The translations under genes and the position numbers were made by a program. Below are positions 1 to 8,915 of a stretch of DNA of 64,000 nt, in pieces. Each line of letters starts with the position of its first letter. The stretch's first letter is position 1. Under the pieces are notes generated by a model. The model searched no databases and was not told the origin of the DNA. It saw only the letters and a list, made by a program, of their open reading frames with translations. Origin of the DNA: Deltaproteobacteria bacterium (GTDB taxonomy: Bacteria; Desulfobacterota; Syntrophia; Syntrophales; UBA2210); the NCBI GenBank assembly GCA_016930775.1, contig JAFGGB010000019.1, positions 3,787-67,786 of the forward strand, read 5' to 3'.

Positions 1-472
1 TGATGCTCATAATCCCGCTATAGGCCTGGGCGACCATGTCGTAGGCGGGACGCGCCGCATACTGGGGCAGCGAATCGTGACCAAAACCGCAAATGGAACA
101 ATAAATGGCCCGGGGATTTATTTTCTGTATGTCGGGCCAGTCGAAGCCGAGTTTTTTCATTGTCGTGGGACGGAAGTTCTCCACCACCACATCCGAAACC
201 TTGATGAGTTCTCTGAGAATCTGCCGGCCCTTTTCCTGTTTCAGGTCGAGGACCATGCTTTTCTTGTTCCGGTTGAGGCTGATGAAATAGGCGCTCAGGT
301 TTTTATCGCGCTTGTCGCCCACATAGGGTCCGAACTCCCGTGCATCGTCGCCGTGGGCAGGCTCGATGTGGATAACCTCGGCGCCAAGATCTGCAAGAAA
401 CATCGTGCAGGTCGGGGCCGCCAGAACATGGCTCAGGTCGACAACTCGTATGCCTTCCAAGGATCTGCTCAT
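1..472 (-). CDS. CoA-transferase family III (CaiB/BaiF type), N-terminal ~157 codons; the rest runs off the window
   Basis: Not in the ORF track because there is no stop in the window. My reverse translation from ATG (472-470) gives MSRSLEGIRVVDLSHVLAAPTCTMFLADLGAEVIHIEPAHGDDAREFGPY..., a canonical family III N-terminus. A GGAGGAG RBS lies just upstream. Confidence 0.85.
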   Translation of the reverse strand, partial: MSRSLEGIRVVDLSHVLAAPTCTMFLADLGAEVIHIEPAHGDDAREFGPYVGDKRDKNLSAYFISLNRNKKSMVLDLKQEKGRQILRELIKVSDVVVENFRPTTMKKLGFDWPDIQKINPRAIYCSICGFGHDSLPQYAARPAYDMVAQAYSGIMSI

Positions 473-912
473 TACAACTCCTCCAGATATTTATATGATT
501 AAAAGCTCTCCGCACTGCTTCGCCGCAACGCGGGGAGGGAGGCGTCCCGCCATTGCAGAACATGGCGGGACGCCTTTGGCTAAGGGGCTGCGCCCCGAAG
601 AGACGGTGTTGGAGAGAACGTTACGGCTCCTTATTAATGAACATGGTTCATCTCGTTTCGTGGGGTCGTTCCCTCTTGCAAGAGCCTCCATTTCAATGAA
701 ATAGTTTCCGAAAGGAGCGATTTGTTCTCTCTTGCATATTGCCAAAAAAGCTGTTAAGACAGACCAGTCGGTTTGTATATATATGATTAATTCCGGCGAG
801 TAAACAAAAAAATGCAACAGGTCCAATCGGTTTTCAGAGCATTGTTTTGTAAGGAGAAAAGATCGGAGCAACGAAATCCAAGAGAAAGCAACAATGAAAA
901 AGGAGTAGCGGT

Positions 913-2730
913 ATGTACGGGCATAGTGGCAAATTTCTCAAGGTAAATCTCAGTACGGGCAAAGCAATCATCGAAGAGTATGATGAATCCTTTGCAAGAA
1001 AGTATCTCGGGGGCAACGGATTTGCGGCAAAAATGATCTATGACAATGTGCCGGCGACGGCCGATCCCCTGGGACCTGAAAACGGAATCTGCTTTGCCGT
1101 CGGTCCTCTGACCGATACGCCGGTATGGGGCACGAGCAGAGGGCACATGGCATCCATATCGCCTCAGACCGGTTATTTCGCCGATTCAAACTACGGCGGC
1201 GATTTCGGCATGGCCCAGAAAAGAACCGGTTTCGACGCCATATTCATCAACGGTTCTTCAGGGAAGCCTGTTTACATTCTTGTTACGGAAAATGGCGCTC
1301 AGATTAAGGATGCATCCCATGTCTGGGGGAAGACGACGGAAGAGACCAATGAAATTCTCGAAGCAGAAGCAGGCAAAGGGGCCATCTCGACCTGTATCGG
1401 TCCCGGCGGTGAGAATCTCGTAATATTCGCCAATGTTTGCTGCGGCGGCAAGCGCCCCGGTTCTGCAGGCAGGGCCGGCCTCGGCGCCGTCATGGGCGCG
1501 AAGAAGCTTAAAGCAGTTGTGTGCATGGGCGACAAGAAGACGGCCGTTGCTCATCCTGAAGAACTGAAGGCCTACCTGAAGGAAAAACTTCCCGAGCTCA
1601 GACAGAACAGAGGCGGCATGACAAAGGTCGGCACGTCCGCCCTGCCCAATATGATCAACTCCAAGGGCATGCTGGGCACACGAAACAACCAGCGGGAAAC
1701 CTTTGATCAATGGCAGGAAATATCCGGCGACTTCTTTCTGGAGAAGTACAAGAACAAGGATACGGCCTGTCATGGTTGCGTCTTGGCCTGCGGCAAAGAA
1801 GTAAATGTCACCACCGGCGAGTATAAGGGCAAAAGCGTGAAGATGCCCGAATACGAAACTCTCTATGCAATGGGATCGATGCTCGATAACGCAAATATCG
1901 TATCCATTTTCAATGGCAACCATATGTGCGATCTCATGGGCATGGACACGATTTCCATGGGAGTAACCCTTTCCTTTGTTGCAGAATGCATGGAGCGTGG
2001 ATTGATTACGGAGCAACAACTCGGCGGCGTCGTTAAATTTCAAGACGGCGACGGGATGGTCGACCTTATCAAACAGACCGCCTTCCGAAAGGGCGCTGGC
2101 AATCTTCTGGCCCTGGGTTCTCAGCAACTGGCGAAGAAATTCGGCGGAGATACGTACAAATACCTGTATACCGTTCAAGGTCTCGAATGCGCGGGCCATT
2201 CGGCTCGAGGTCTCCGGGGCATGGGCCTTTCCTACGCCGTATCGACGAGAGGCGGAAGCCACCATGACGGCCGTCCGAACTATGTCGGTCATGCTCATCC
2301 CGATCCGGGATTCGATCCGATTCCCGATTATATAGTTAAAAGCAACTACTTCACCTGCCTCGGAGACTCTCTTGTCGTGTGCCGGTTTATCGAGGAAGGC
2401 ATGATGAAGGCGCCGGCCGTCCACGAGGACATGGCCAAATTCGTCAATCTCGTTACCGACTGGAACATCGATGTGGCGGGTCTTGAAAAGATCGGGGAAC
2501 GGATATACAACCTCGAACGGCTCATCAGCGTAAGTCGGGGCGCAAGCCGCAAGGACGACGTTCTGCCGTACCGGGTCATGAATGAACCAATACCCGATGG
2601 CCCCGCACAGGGCAGGTACGTGTCGCAGGAAGATCTCAACGCTATGATTGAAAAGTACTACGCGATCCGCGGCTGGGATCACAACGGAATTCCGGCTAAG
2701 GAAAAACTGGCAGAACTGGGGTTGCAGTAA
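913..2730 (+). CDS. aor: Tungsten-type aldehyde:ferredoxin oxidoreductase (AOR family), copy 1
   Basis: 605 aa. The N-terminus MYGHSGKFLKVNLSTGK...YLGGNGFAAK and internal CHGCVLACGK and ECAGHSARG segments are typical of the AOR family. AGGAG RBS 7 nt upstream. Confidence 0.94.
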   Translation: MYGHSGKFLKVNLSTGKAIIEEYDESFARKYLGGNGFAAKMIYDNVPATADPLGPENGICFAVGPLTDTPVWGTSRGHMASISPQTGYFADSNYGGDFGMAQKRTGFDAIFINGSSGKPVYILVTENGAQIKDASHVWGKTTEETNEILEAEAGKGAISTCIGPGGENLVIFANVCCGGKRPGSAGRAGLGAVMGAKKLKAVVCMGDKKTAVAHPEELKAYLKEKLPELRQNRGGMTKVGTSALPNMINSKGMLGTRNNQRETFDQWQEISGDFFLEKYKNKDTACHGCVLACGKEVNVTTGEYKGKSVKMPEYETLYAMGSMLDNANIVSIFNGNHMCDLMGMDTISMGVTLSFVAECMERGLITEQQLGGVVKFQDGDGMVDLIKQTAFRKGAGNLLALGSQQLAKKFGGDTYKYLYTVQGLECAGHSARGLRGMGLSYAVSTRGGSHHDGRPNYVGHAHPDPGFDPIPDYIVKSNYFTCLGDSLVVCRFIEEGMMKAPAVHEDMAKFVNLVTDWNIDVAGLEKIGERIYNLERLISVSRGASRKDDVLPYRVMNEPIPDGPAQGRYVSQEDLNAMIEKYYAIRGWDHNGIPAKEKLAELGLQ

Positions 2731-2789
2731 CCCCTTAACTTACAATCGACGCTCGTCGGAGCGCCCGTAACGGTAAAGGAGGTTTTTGA

Positions 2790-3950
2790 ATGGTTTCTCT
2801 ATTTAATGTACCAACAGTGATCATCGTCGGCGGCGGCGCCAGCAACGAAGTCGGCGCCCAGGCAAAAAGACTGAAATCCAAGCATGTCCTGCTTGTGACC
2901 GATACCTTTATGGTCAGTTGCGGCCTGGCGGGAAAAATTTCCGACGCCATTAAAAAAGAGGGCATCAAGGTTACGGTTTTTGACGGCGTTCAGCCCGATC
3001 CGACTGACAAGAACGTACTGCAGGGCCTTGACGTCTGCAAAAAAAACGGGTGCGATCTTATTGTCGGTCTCGGCGGCGGCAGTCCCATGGATTGCGCAAA
3101 GATAATTTCGGTTCTCACGGCCAACGAGCCTCCGCTGAGCAATTATGCGGGCCTGAATAAAGTTCCCAACAAAGGCGTGCCGACGATTATGATTTCAACG
3201 ACGGCCGGCACCGGCGCCGAAGTTACCAAGGCAGCGGTTATTTCCGATACGGAACGGGACGTCAAGATGCTGATCATGGACGTGAACAATACCGCCGATG
3301 TAGCGCTGGTTGATTATGAACTCACCATGAGCTGTCCTGGTTCACTGACGGCGAACGTGGGTGTCGATACACTCGTTCATGCCGTAGAAGGCTATGTTTC
3401 CAAGAAAGCGAATGCCATGACAGATCCCCTGGCGCTTTCGGCCATAAAGCTTGTATCCAAATATCTCTTGAAGGCCTTCAAAGAGCCCTCGAACGCCGAA
3501 GCCCGCGAGGGCATGATGATGGCTTCTCTTCAGGCGGGAATGGCCTTTGCCAACAGCAGTGTGTGCCTTGTTCATGGCATGAGCCGTCCCATAGGCGCAC
3601 TCTATCATGTTCCCCATGGCCTTTCGAATGCTGTTCTGTTCCCCGCGGTTACCGAATTCTCCATTCCCGGCGCGACGGCGCGGTACGCCACGGTGGCCCG
3701 CACCATGGGATATGCAAAGGAGTCGGATGTCGATGCAGATGCCTGCAAGAAACTCGTCGATGGCTTGAAGAAATTGAATGTTGATCTGAAAATTCCTCGC
3801 CTTGGCGATGTCGTCAAGGTAGACAGGGCTGCCTTTGATACAAAGGTTGAAAAGATGGCCAACGACGGCTTGGCTTCGGGAAGTCCGAACAACAATCCGA
3901 TCGTTCCAACGGCTCAGCAGATTATTGAACTCTATCACAAGGCCTGGTAA
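2790..3950 (+). CDS. Iron-containing (group III) alcohol dehydrogenase
   Basis: 386 aa. GLGGGSPMDCAK motif and His-rich metal site (VHAVEGY, CLVHGMSRPIGALYHVPHG). AAGGAGG RBS. 59 nt after the AOR stop. Confidence 0.92.
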   Translation: MVSLFNVPTVIIVGGGASNEVGAQAKRLKSKHVLLVTDTFMVSCGLAGKISDAIKKEGIKVTVFDGVQPDPTDKNVLQGLDVCKKNGCDLIVGLGGGSPMDCAKIISVLTANEPPLSNYAGLNKVPNKGVPTIMISTTAGTGAEVTKAAVISDTERDVKMLIMDVNNTADVALVDYELTMSCPGSLTANVGVDTLVHAVEGYVSKKANAMTDPLALSAIKLVSKYLLKAFKEPSNAEAREGMMMASLQAGMAFANSSVCLVHGMSRPIGALYHVPHGLSNAVLFPAVTEFSIPGATARYATVARTMGYAKESDVDADACKKLVDGLKKLNVDLKIPRLGDVVKVDRAAFDTKVEKMANDGLASGSPNNNPIVPTAQQIIELYHKAW

Positions 3951-4070
3951 CATAGAAGACACAGCACAGGAGCAAACCCTTCCGCTGCAGGGACTTTCTC
4001 TACAGCGGAAGGGTTCTTTCATTGGAGTTCTTCACAGTGTGGCAGCAGTCGCCGCCGGAAAGGTGAAGTT

Positions 4071-4970
4071 ATGAGCATAACTAAAGTAGCGTTTATCGGT
4101 TTGGGCAATATGGGAAAACCGATGGCAAAGAATCTTATCAAGGCGGGATTTTCCCTTACTGTGTTCGATGTGGTCAAGGACGCTGTGGAGGAACTGACGG
4201 CAGCGGGAGCGAAAGGCGCGTCTTCGATTGCCGAGGCAGTCAAGGGTGTCCAAGCCGTTATTACGATGCTTCCTGCGGGCGCCCACGTCAGCAGCGTCTA
4301 CAGGGGCGAGAATGGGGTTATCGCCAATGTTCCGAAAGGGGCTCTCTTTATTGATTCCTCGACGATCGATGTGGCAACGTCGCGGGCAGTGAATGTTGCG
4401 GCTGCAGAGGCGGGGATGGAGATGATCGATGCGCCAGTTTCCGGCGGCGTCGGCGGCGCCGAAGCGGCGACCCTGACCTTCATGGTGGGCGGTGCGGAGT
4501 CAGCCTTCGAGAGATCGAAGCCCCTTCTGGAAAAGATGGGGAAAAATATCGTTCATGCCGGCGGACCGGGCAACGGCCAGGCGGCAAAAATTTGCAATAA
4601 TATGATTTTGGGAATATCGATGATCGCGGTTTCCGAAGCATTCGTCCTGGCGGAAAAACTGGGACTCGAAGCGCAGAAACTCTTCGATATATCGTCCAAG
4701 TCCTCCGGTCAGTGCTGGTCCATGACATCCTATTGTCCTGTTCCCGGACCCGTTCCCGCATCACCGGCGAACCGTGATTACAAAGCGGGTTTTGCGGTGG
4801 CGATGCAGCTGAAGGATCTTCGATTGAGCCAGGAAGCGGCCCAGAAAGCCGGGATTGCGACTCCCTTGGGCGCCGAAGCAACGGCTTTATATGGCTTGTT
4901 CGACGTTGCCGGCCACGGTCATCTCGATTTTTCCGGAATCATCAAAATGATTCGCGGAGACAAGATGTAA
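4071..4970 (+). CDS. mmsB: 3-hydroxyisobutyrate dehydrogenase (beta-hydroxyacid dehydrogenase family)
   Basis: 299 aa. Motifs FIGLGNMGKPMAKNL, MLPAGAHV, DAPVSGGVGGAEAATLTFMVGG and GQAAKICNNM are close to MmsB as I remember it. Confidence 0.88.
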   Translation: MSITKVAFIGLGNMGKPMAKNLIKAGFSLTVFDVVKDAVEELTAAGAKGASSIAEAVKGVQAVITMLPAGAHVSSVYRGENGVIANVPKGALFIDSSTIDVATSRAVNVAAAEAGMEMIDAPVSGGVGGAEAATLTFMVGGAESAFERSKPLLEKMGKNIVHAGGPGNGQAAKICNNMILGISMIAVSEAFVLAEKLGLEAQKLFDISSKSSGQCWSMTSYCPVPGPVPASPANRDYKAGFAVAMQLKDLRLSQEAAQKAGIATPLGAEATALYGLFDVAGHGHLDFSGIIKMIRGDKM

Positions 4971-5000
4971 TTTGTGAGATTAGCTTGTTCTCGTAATTTC

Positions 5001-5027
5001 AAAAAAGGGGCCACTGGCCCCTTTTTT
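5001..5027. terminator. Bidirectional rho-independent terminator
   Basis: AAAAAA-GGGGCC-ACT-GGCCCC-TTTTTT: a perfect GC stem flanked by an A-run and a T-run, between the convergent mmsB and cupin genes. Confidence 0.65.
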
Positions 5028-5154
5028 ATTTTTGATTTTCCATACCATTACAACGATTTTGCCGGCAGGCGCTTAACAAGGTCCAGTAATAATGAAAACG
5101 GCGCCTTCGCCTGACAAAAAACGAAAGCGCCATTCTATTTATGCTTCGTTTTTT

Positions 5155-5508
5155 TTATAGTGCCGGCGCGTTTACTGCAACGAGGGACAGCAGCCCGTCG
5201 CCCGTATTTGAAAGCTTGTGTTTATGTCCCTTGGGGAAGAGAACCATGTCTCCGGGGCCGATGTCCCGGAAGGTTTCTTCGTTGTCCATCCAGACCCTCG
5301 CCGTTCCGGTTATTACATAATAAGCCTGATCGGCGCCGGCATGATCGTGCCAGTCTGCCCAGCCGCCCTTCTTGAAATCGGACCTCAGGACCGAGACGTC
5401 CGCTGAGGGTTCTCCCTTTTTGAAATACCAGCGAGAATCGCAGTCGTAGTGAAGGTTTGGCGTGAAAATGGCGGTTTCTTTTTCCAGTTTAACAAACATG
5501 TTCCCCAT
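5155..5508 (-). CDS. Cupin domain protein
   Basis: 117 aa. Two-motif cupin pattern (GWADWHDHAG ... GDMVLFPKGHKHKLSN). AGGAGG RBS. Confidence 0.8.
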   Translation of the reverse strand: MGNMFVKLEKETAIFTPNLHYDCDSRWYFKKGEPSADVSVLRSDFKKGGWADWHDHAGADQAYYVITGTARVWMDNEETFRDIGPGDMVLFPKGHKHKLSNTGDGLLSLVAVNAPAL

Positions 5509-5858
5509 TAGTGCCTCCTAGTTCTGTCCAGTGATCGGATCGGCAGTGCACCAATCCCAAAAAGCCCCTTCTTTTAGCATGTTGCATGGTGCAATGCAAT
5601 AGCTTTTCGCCTGATTAGATCCGCATCTTCATTAATCCGTCCAGGAAAACAGGATTTATAAAAGTACTGAGTCAGCCTGCGTTTTGACGACGGAAGATGT
5701 TTGCGGATGAGAAATGATGTCCGGGGCGATTGGCCCTGAGTTGACCCGTTCATTTCCCTTGATGCGTGCCTGTCCTTTTTTCTCTGGGGAGATGGATGCT
5801 TGCCATCAGCCGAAATTATCGCATTTTGCTCCAGTACAGCCGCAGCCTAGGCGGCAGT

Positions 5859-7766
5859 CTAGAGATTTTTGAACGTAAGCGACAGTTCCTCCAATAGTTC
5901 CCATCGCGCGTAGGAGGTCTCGAGATCGCGTTCCACTTGATCCAATCTGACCTGGAGGCCCTGAACATTCTCCCCGGCTTTTTTGTAAAGAGCGGGGTCG
6001 GCCATGGCGGCGTAGAGAGTGAGCTTTTCTTCCTCAAGCGTTTCTATGATTTCCGGCAGGAGATCGAGTTCCCGCTGCTCCTTGAAGGTCAGTTTGCGGG
6101 GGGCCGCAGTGGCGTTCTGCGGTTTGGTCTTTTTCCGCTGGAGAAGCGGCTTTGTTCCTTCGTTTTCAGCACTACGCAGCCGCTGCCAATCGTCATAGCC
6201 TCCCACATGCTCGCTCACCCTCCCCTCGCCTTCGAAAACCAAAGTGGAGGAAACGACATTGTTCAGGAATGCGCGGTCGTGGCTCGCAACCAGAACCGTG
6301 CCTCCATAGTCGATCAGCATGGATTCTACCAGTTCGAGAGTTTCGGCATCGAGGTCGTTCGTGGGTTCATCCAGGACCAGCAGATTGGAAGGTTTTGTGA
6401 AGAGCCTTGCCAGGAGCAGCCTGTTCCGTTCCCCTCCCGAAAGGGCGGAGATGGGCGCCCTGGCCTGGGCGGGAGAAAAGAGAAAATCCTTAAGGTAGCC
6501 GATGATATGCCGGTGCTTTCCGTTTATAAAGACGGTTTCGCCTTTATCGGCCACGTTTTCCTGAAGCGTCTTGCTTTCATCGAGCTTCTCCCTCAGCTGA
6601 TCAAAGTAGGCTGCCTCCAGGTGCGTTCCCAGTTTTACGGCGCCGCTGTCCGGTGAAATTTCTCCCAGGAGCATTCGGAGCAATGTCGTTTTGCCGCAGC
6701 CGTTCGGCCCGATGATTCCGATCTTGTCGCCTCGCATGATTGTCGTTGAGAAATGCGACAGAATAGTCTTGCCGTTGAAGGCAAGCGAGATATCGGCAAC
6801 ATCTGCGACAAGCCTGCCTGACCGTTCAGCCTCCTGAACGAGCAGACGAACGTTGCCGCTCCGGGTGCGCCGCCTTCGCACCTCATCGCGCATCTCCATA
6901 AGGATTTTAACTCTGCCCTCATTGCGAGTCCGGCGCGCCTTGACTCCCTGCCTCAGCCATGTCTCTTCGCGCATCAATTTTTTATTAAATTCAGCGCTCG
7001 CACTCTCTTCGTTTCCGATCAACTCCTCCTTGCGGTCGCGATAGGTCTCAATATTGCCCGGAAAGGAGGTCAGCCTGCCCCGGTCGAGCTCAACGATGCG
7101 CGTAGACATTTTGTTTATGAAGATCCTGTCATGACTAACGAAGATCAGAGTTGTTGCGGAACGAAGCAGGAAGTCCTCCATCCAGAGGATTGCATCGATG
7201 TCCAGGTGGTTTGTCGGTTCGTCCAGAAGCAGAATGTCGGGTTTGTTCAGAAGGACCCTCGCCAGGTGGACCCGTCGCCTGTGTCCTGCGGAAAGCAAAC
7301 TGCTTTCCGCCTTCTCATCGAGTCCCATGCGCGAGATGACCGCCTGGATCTGCCGATGAAGCTGCCAGGTAACGCCGGTATCGAGGTCGCGCTGCATGCT
7401 GTTCAGTTTTCTCTGGGAGACCTCGTCGCATTGCCGAGACAGTTTTGGGCTGTTTTTTTGATTCTCTTCTCGAACGGTTCTGTTGTCGCCCGGCTGACCT
7501 GATGCAACAATATCGTACACGGTCCCCTTGGGTTCGCGTGGCGCCTCCTGGGGAAGCAGAGCTGTCTTCAGTCCCTGCGCCCTGGCCACTGTGCCTCTGT
7601 CGGGCGTCAGCTCGCCGTGAAGGACTTTCAAAAGAGTCGATTTGCCGGCGCCGTTTCTGCCGACCAGGCAAATCCTTTCGCCTCTGCAAATCTGCAAATC
7701 CGCCCCATCCAGGAGCTTCGGACCGCCGAAGCCGAGGCTGACATCCTTCAACGATAGCAGGGTCAT
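5859..7766 (-). CDS. uup: ABC-F family ATPase, Uup-like
   Basis: 635 aa. Two ABC cassettes (Walker A GRNGAGKST and GPNGCGKTT; signature LSGGERNRL), no TM domain, and a C-terminal coiled coil. Confidence 0.9.
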   Translation of the reverse strand: MTLLSLKDVSLGFGGPKLLDGADLQICRGERICLVGRNGAGKSTLLKVLHGELTPDRGTVARAQGLKTALLPQEAPREPKGTVYDIVASGQPGDNRTVREENQKNSPKLSRQCDEVSQRKLNSMQRDLDTGVTWQLHRQIQAVISRMGLDEKAESSLLSAGHRRRVHLARVLLNKPDILLLDEPTNHLDIDAILWMEDFLLRSATTLIFVSHDRIFINKMSTRIVELDRGRLTSFPGNIETYRDRKEELIGNEESASAEFNKKLMREETWLRQGVKARRTRNEGRVKILMEMRDEVRRRRTRSGNVRLLVQEAERSGRLVADVADISLAFNGKTILSHFSTTIMRGDKIGIIGPNGCGKTTLLRMLLGEISPDSGAVKLGTHLEAAYFDQLREKLDESKTLQENVADKGETVFINGKHRHIIGYLKDFLFSPAQARAPISALSGGERNRLLLARLFTKPSNLLVLDEPTNDLDAETLELVESMLIDYGGTVLVASHDRAFLNNVVSSTLVFEGEGRVSEHVGGYDDWQRLRSAENEGTKPLLQRKKTKPQNATAAPRKLTFKEQRELDLLPEIIETLEEEKLTLYAAMADPALYKKAGENVQGLQVRLDQVERDLETSYARWELLEELSLTFKNL

Positions 7767-7828
7767 GCTATTTTCTTATCTGTCATTTTTTGTTTCAGCG
7801 TTTCTGCAATGGAGCATGATCGGTACAA

Positions 7829-8578
7829 TCAGCTCTTTTCATCGAAAAGACTGTCGATGCCTCTGGTGCGACCCGCGACATAGGCGCTGTCTTCCTTGAG
7901 ATTAGGGCCTGAAGCTGCTATTGCGGCCAGTTCATCGCAACGCTCGTTTTCCCGATGTCCGGCATGTCCCCGCAGCCAGACGAACTCCACTCTGTGAAAA
8001 GCGCACAGGTCGAGCAGTATCGCCCACAGATCGGCGTTCTCGGCGGCTTGCCGCTGTGTGCGCATCCAATTGTTGGCGCGCCATTTGCAAGCCCACCCCT
8101 GGTTCACGCCGTTGACAACGTAGCGCGAATCGCTGTACAGAAGCACATCGGCCGGCCGCTTCAATGACTCAAGGGCAGAAATGCAGGCCATCATTTCCAT
8201 TCGATTGTTAGTGGTCAGTCGATAGCCCTGAGAGAGCTCAATACGCCGGCAAGCGTCGATAATGACGACGCCGTATCCCCCCGGTCCGGGGTTTCCGAGA
8301 CAGCCTCCGTCGGTGAAGACCGTTATTCTACCGTCAGTCGTCTTGGAGCCAATGATTTCATTCGTTCGATCAGAAATTTTTACTTGAGTATTTCCTGTTG
8401 TTGGGTTCTGAAGCCATCGTTTGGCCTCATCGATAGAGGGGAAGCCCTTGTAAAGAGAGCCGGCATAGCCGCGGATTTGTTCCTCGGCGCCGTCAGCGCC
8501 CGACCATGCGCTATAAATGCCGGGTCTGCGACCCCGCGCGACAGCATAAAATTTTCTTGATTTTCCCATGACATGCAC
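7829..8578 (-). CDS. rnhA: Ribonuclease HI with N-terminal hybrid-binding (Cauli_VI-like) domain
   Basis: The N-terminus KFYAVARGRRPGIYSAWSGADGAEEQIRGYAGSLYKGFPSIDEAKRWL is an HBD. The C-terminal RNase H core has TDGGCLGNPGPGGYG ... NNRMEMMA ... YSDSRY ... VKGHAGHRENERCDELA-like motifs. The ORF opens with GTG at 8578; an ATG at 8569 is an alternative start. Confidence 0.9.
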   Translation of the reverse strand: MHVMGKSRKFYAVARGRRPGIYSAWSGADGAEEQIRGYAGSLYKGFPSIDEAKRWLQNPTTGNTQVKISDRTNEIIGSKTTDGRITVFTDGGCLGNPGPGGYGVVIIDACRRIELSQGYRLTTNNRMEMMACISALESLKRPADVLLYSDSRYVVNGVNQGWACKWRANNWMRTQRQAAENADLWAILLDLCAFHRVEFVWLRGHAGHRENERCDELAAIAASGPNLKEDSAYVAGRTRGIDSLFDEKS

Positions 8579-8825
8579 CGATAGAGGCGAAGTGACGACG
8601 CCTTATGAATTTGCGATGATCATCACGGCTTACTTAGTACAAATATAGATAATTTGCCAGATTAACCTGCGGTCCCGACGCCGTGCCCAGTTGTCCCTTG
8701 TCCATACTATTCCTCTGCTTGGGATGATTATTTTGGCGAGGCGCTCGAACATATCCGGATTTACGCTTATTTTTATGTTGGCTATTGTTATGGTGAAGAA
8801 GGCATGTTGAAAAAGGCATTGACAC

Positions 8826-8871
8826 ATACTACATGTTGTGGTCCTATACCATATTGTTCAATATATTGTGG
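8826..8871 (+). promoter_or_regulatory. Two tandem NrdR-box-like sites overlapping a TTGACA -35 (8819-8824) upstream of nrdJ
   Basis: Box 1 is ATACTACATGTTGTGG (8826-8841, about 12/16 to acaCwAtATaTwGtgt). Box 2 is GTTCAATATATTGTGG (8856-8871, containing the perfect palindrome CAATATATTG). Start-to-start spacing is 30 bp. Confidence 0.45.
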
Positions 8872-8915
8872 TCATTTCGCATGAAATTGATATCCGTTAC
8901 AAGGAGATTTGGTCA

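Noticed and set aside
577-592. Sigma-54-like element TGGCTA-AGGGG-CTGCG
   Set aside because: The GG/GC spacing is correct but the -12 element is poor. It is 320 nt from the AOR start and directly abuts a large hairpin. It is too weak to annotate.
600-912. Moco / tungsten-cofactor riboswitch upstream of AOR copy 1
   Set aside because: I found only short look-alikes (GCCUCC ... CCGAAAGGAGC within 35 nt). That is far too compact for the ~130-nt motif, and I cannot align the remainder from memory.
1258-2682. 474-aa ORF antisense to AOR copy 1
   Set aside because: It is a mirror ORF inside a gene with unmistakable AOR homology. It has no RBS, and its Arg/Ala/Gly-rich composition is typical of antisense frames.
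8579-8915. Cobalamin riboswitch upstream of nrdJ
   Set aside because: There is no B12 box (GCCACUG-containing core), and the leader after the putative promoter is only ~45 nt.
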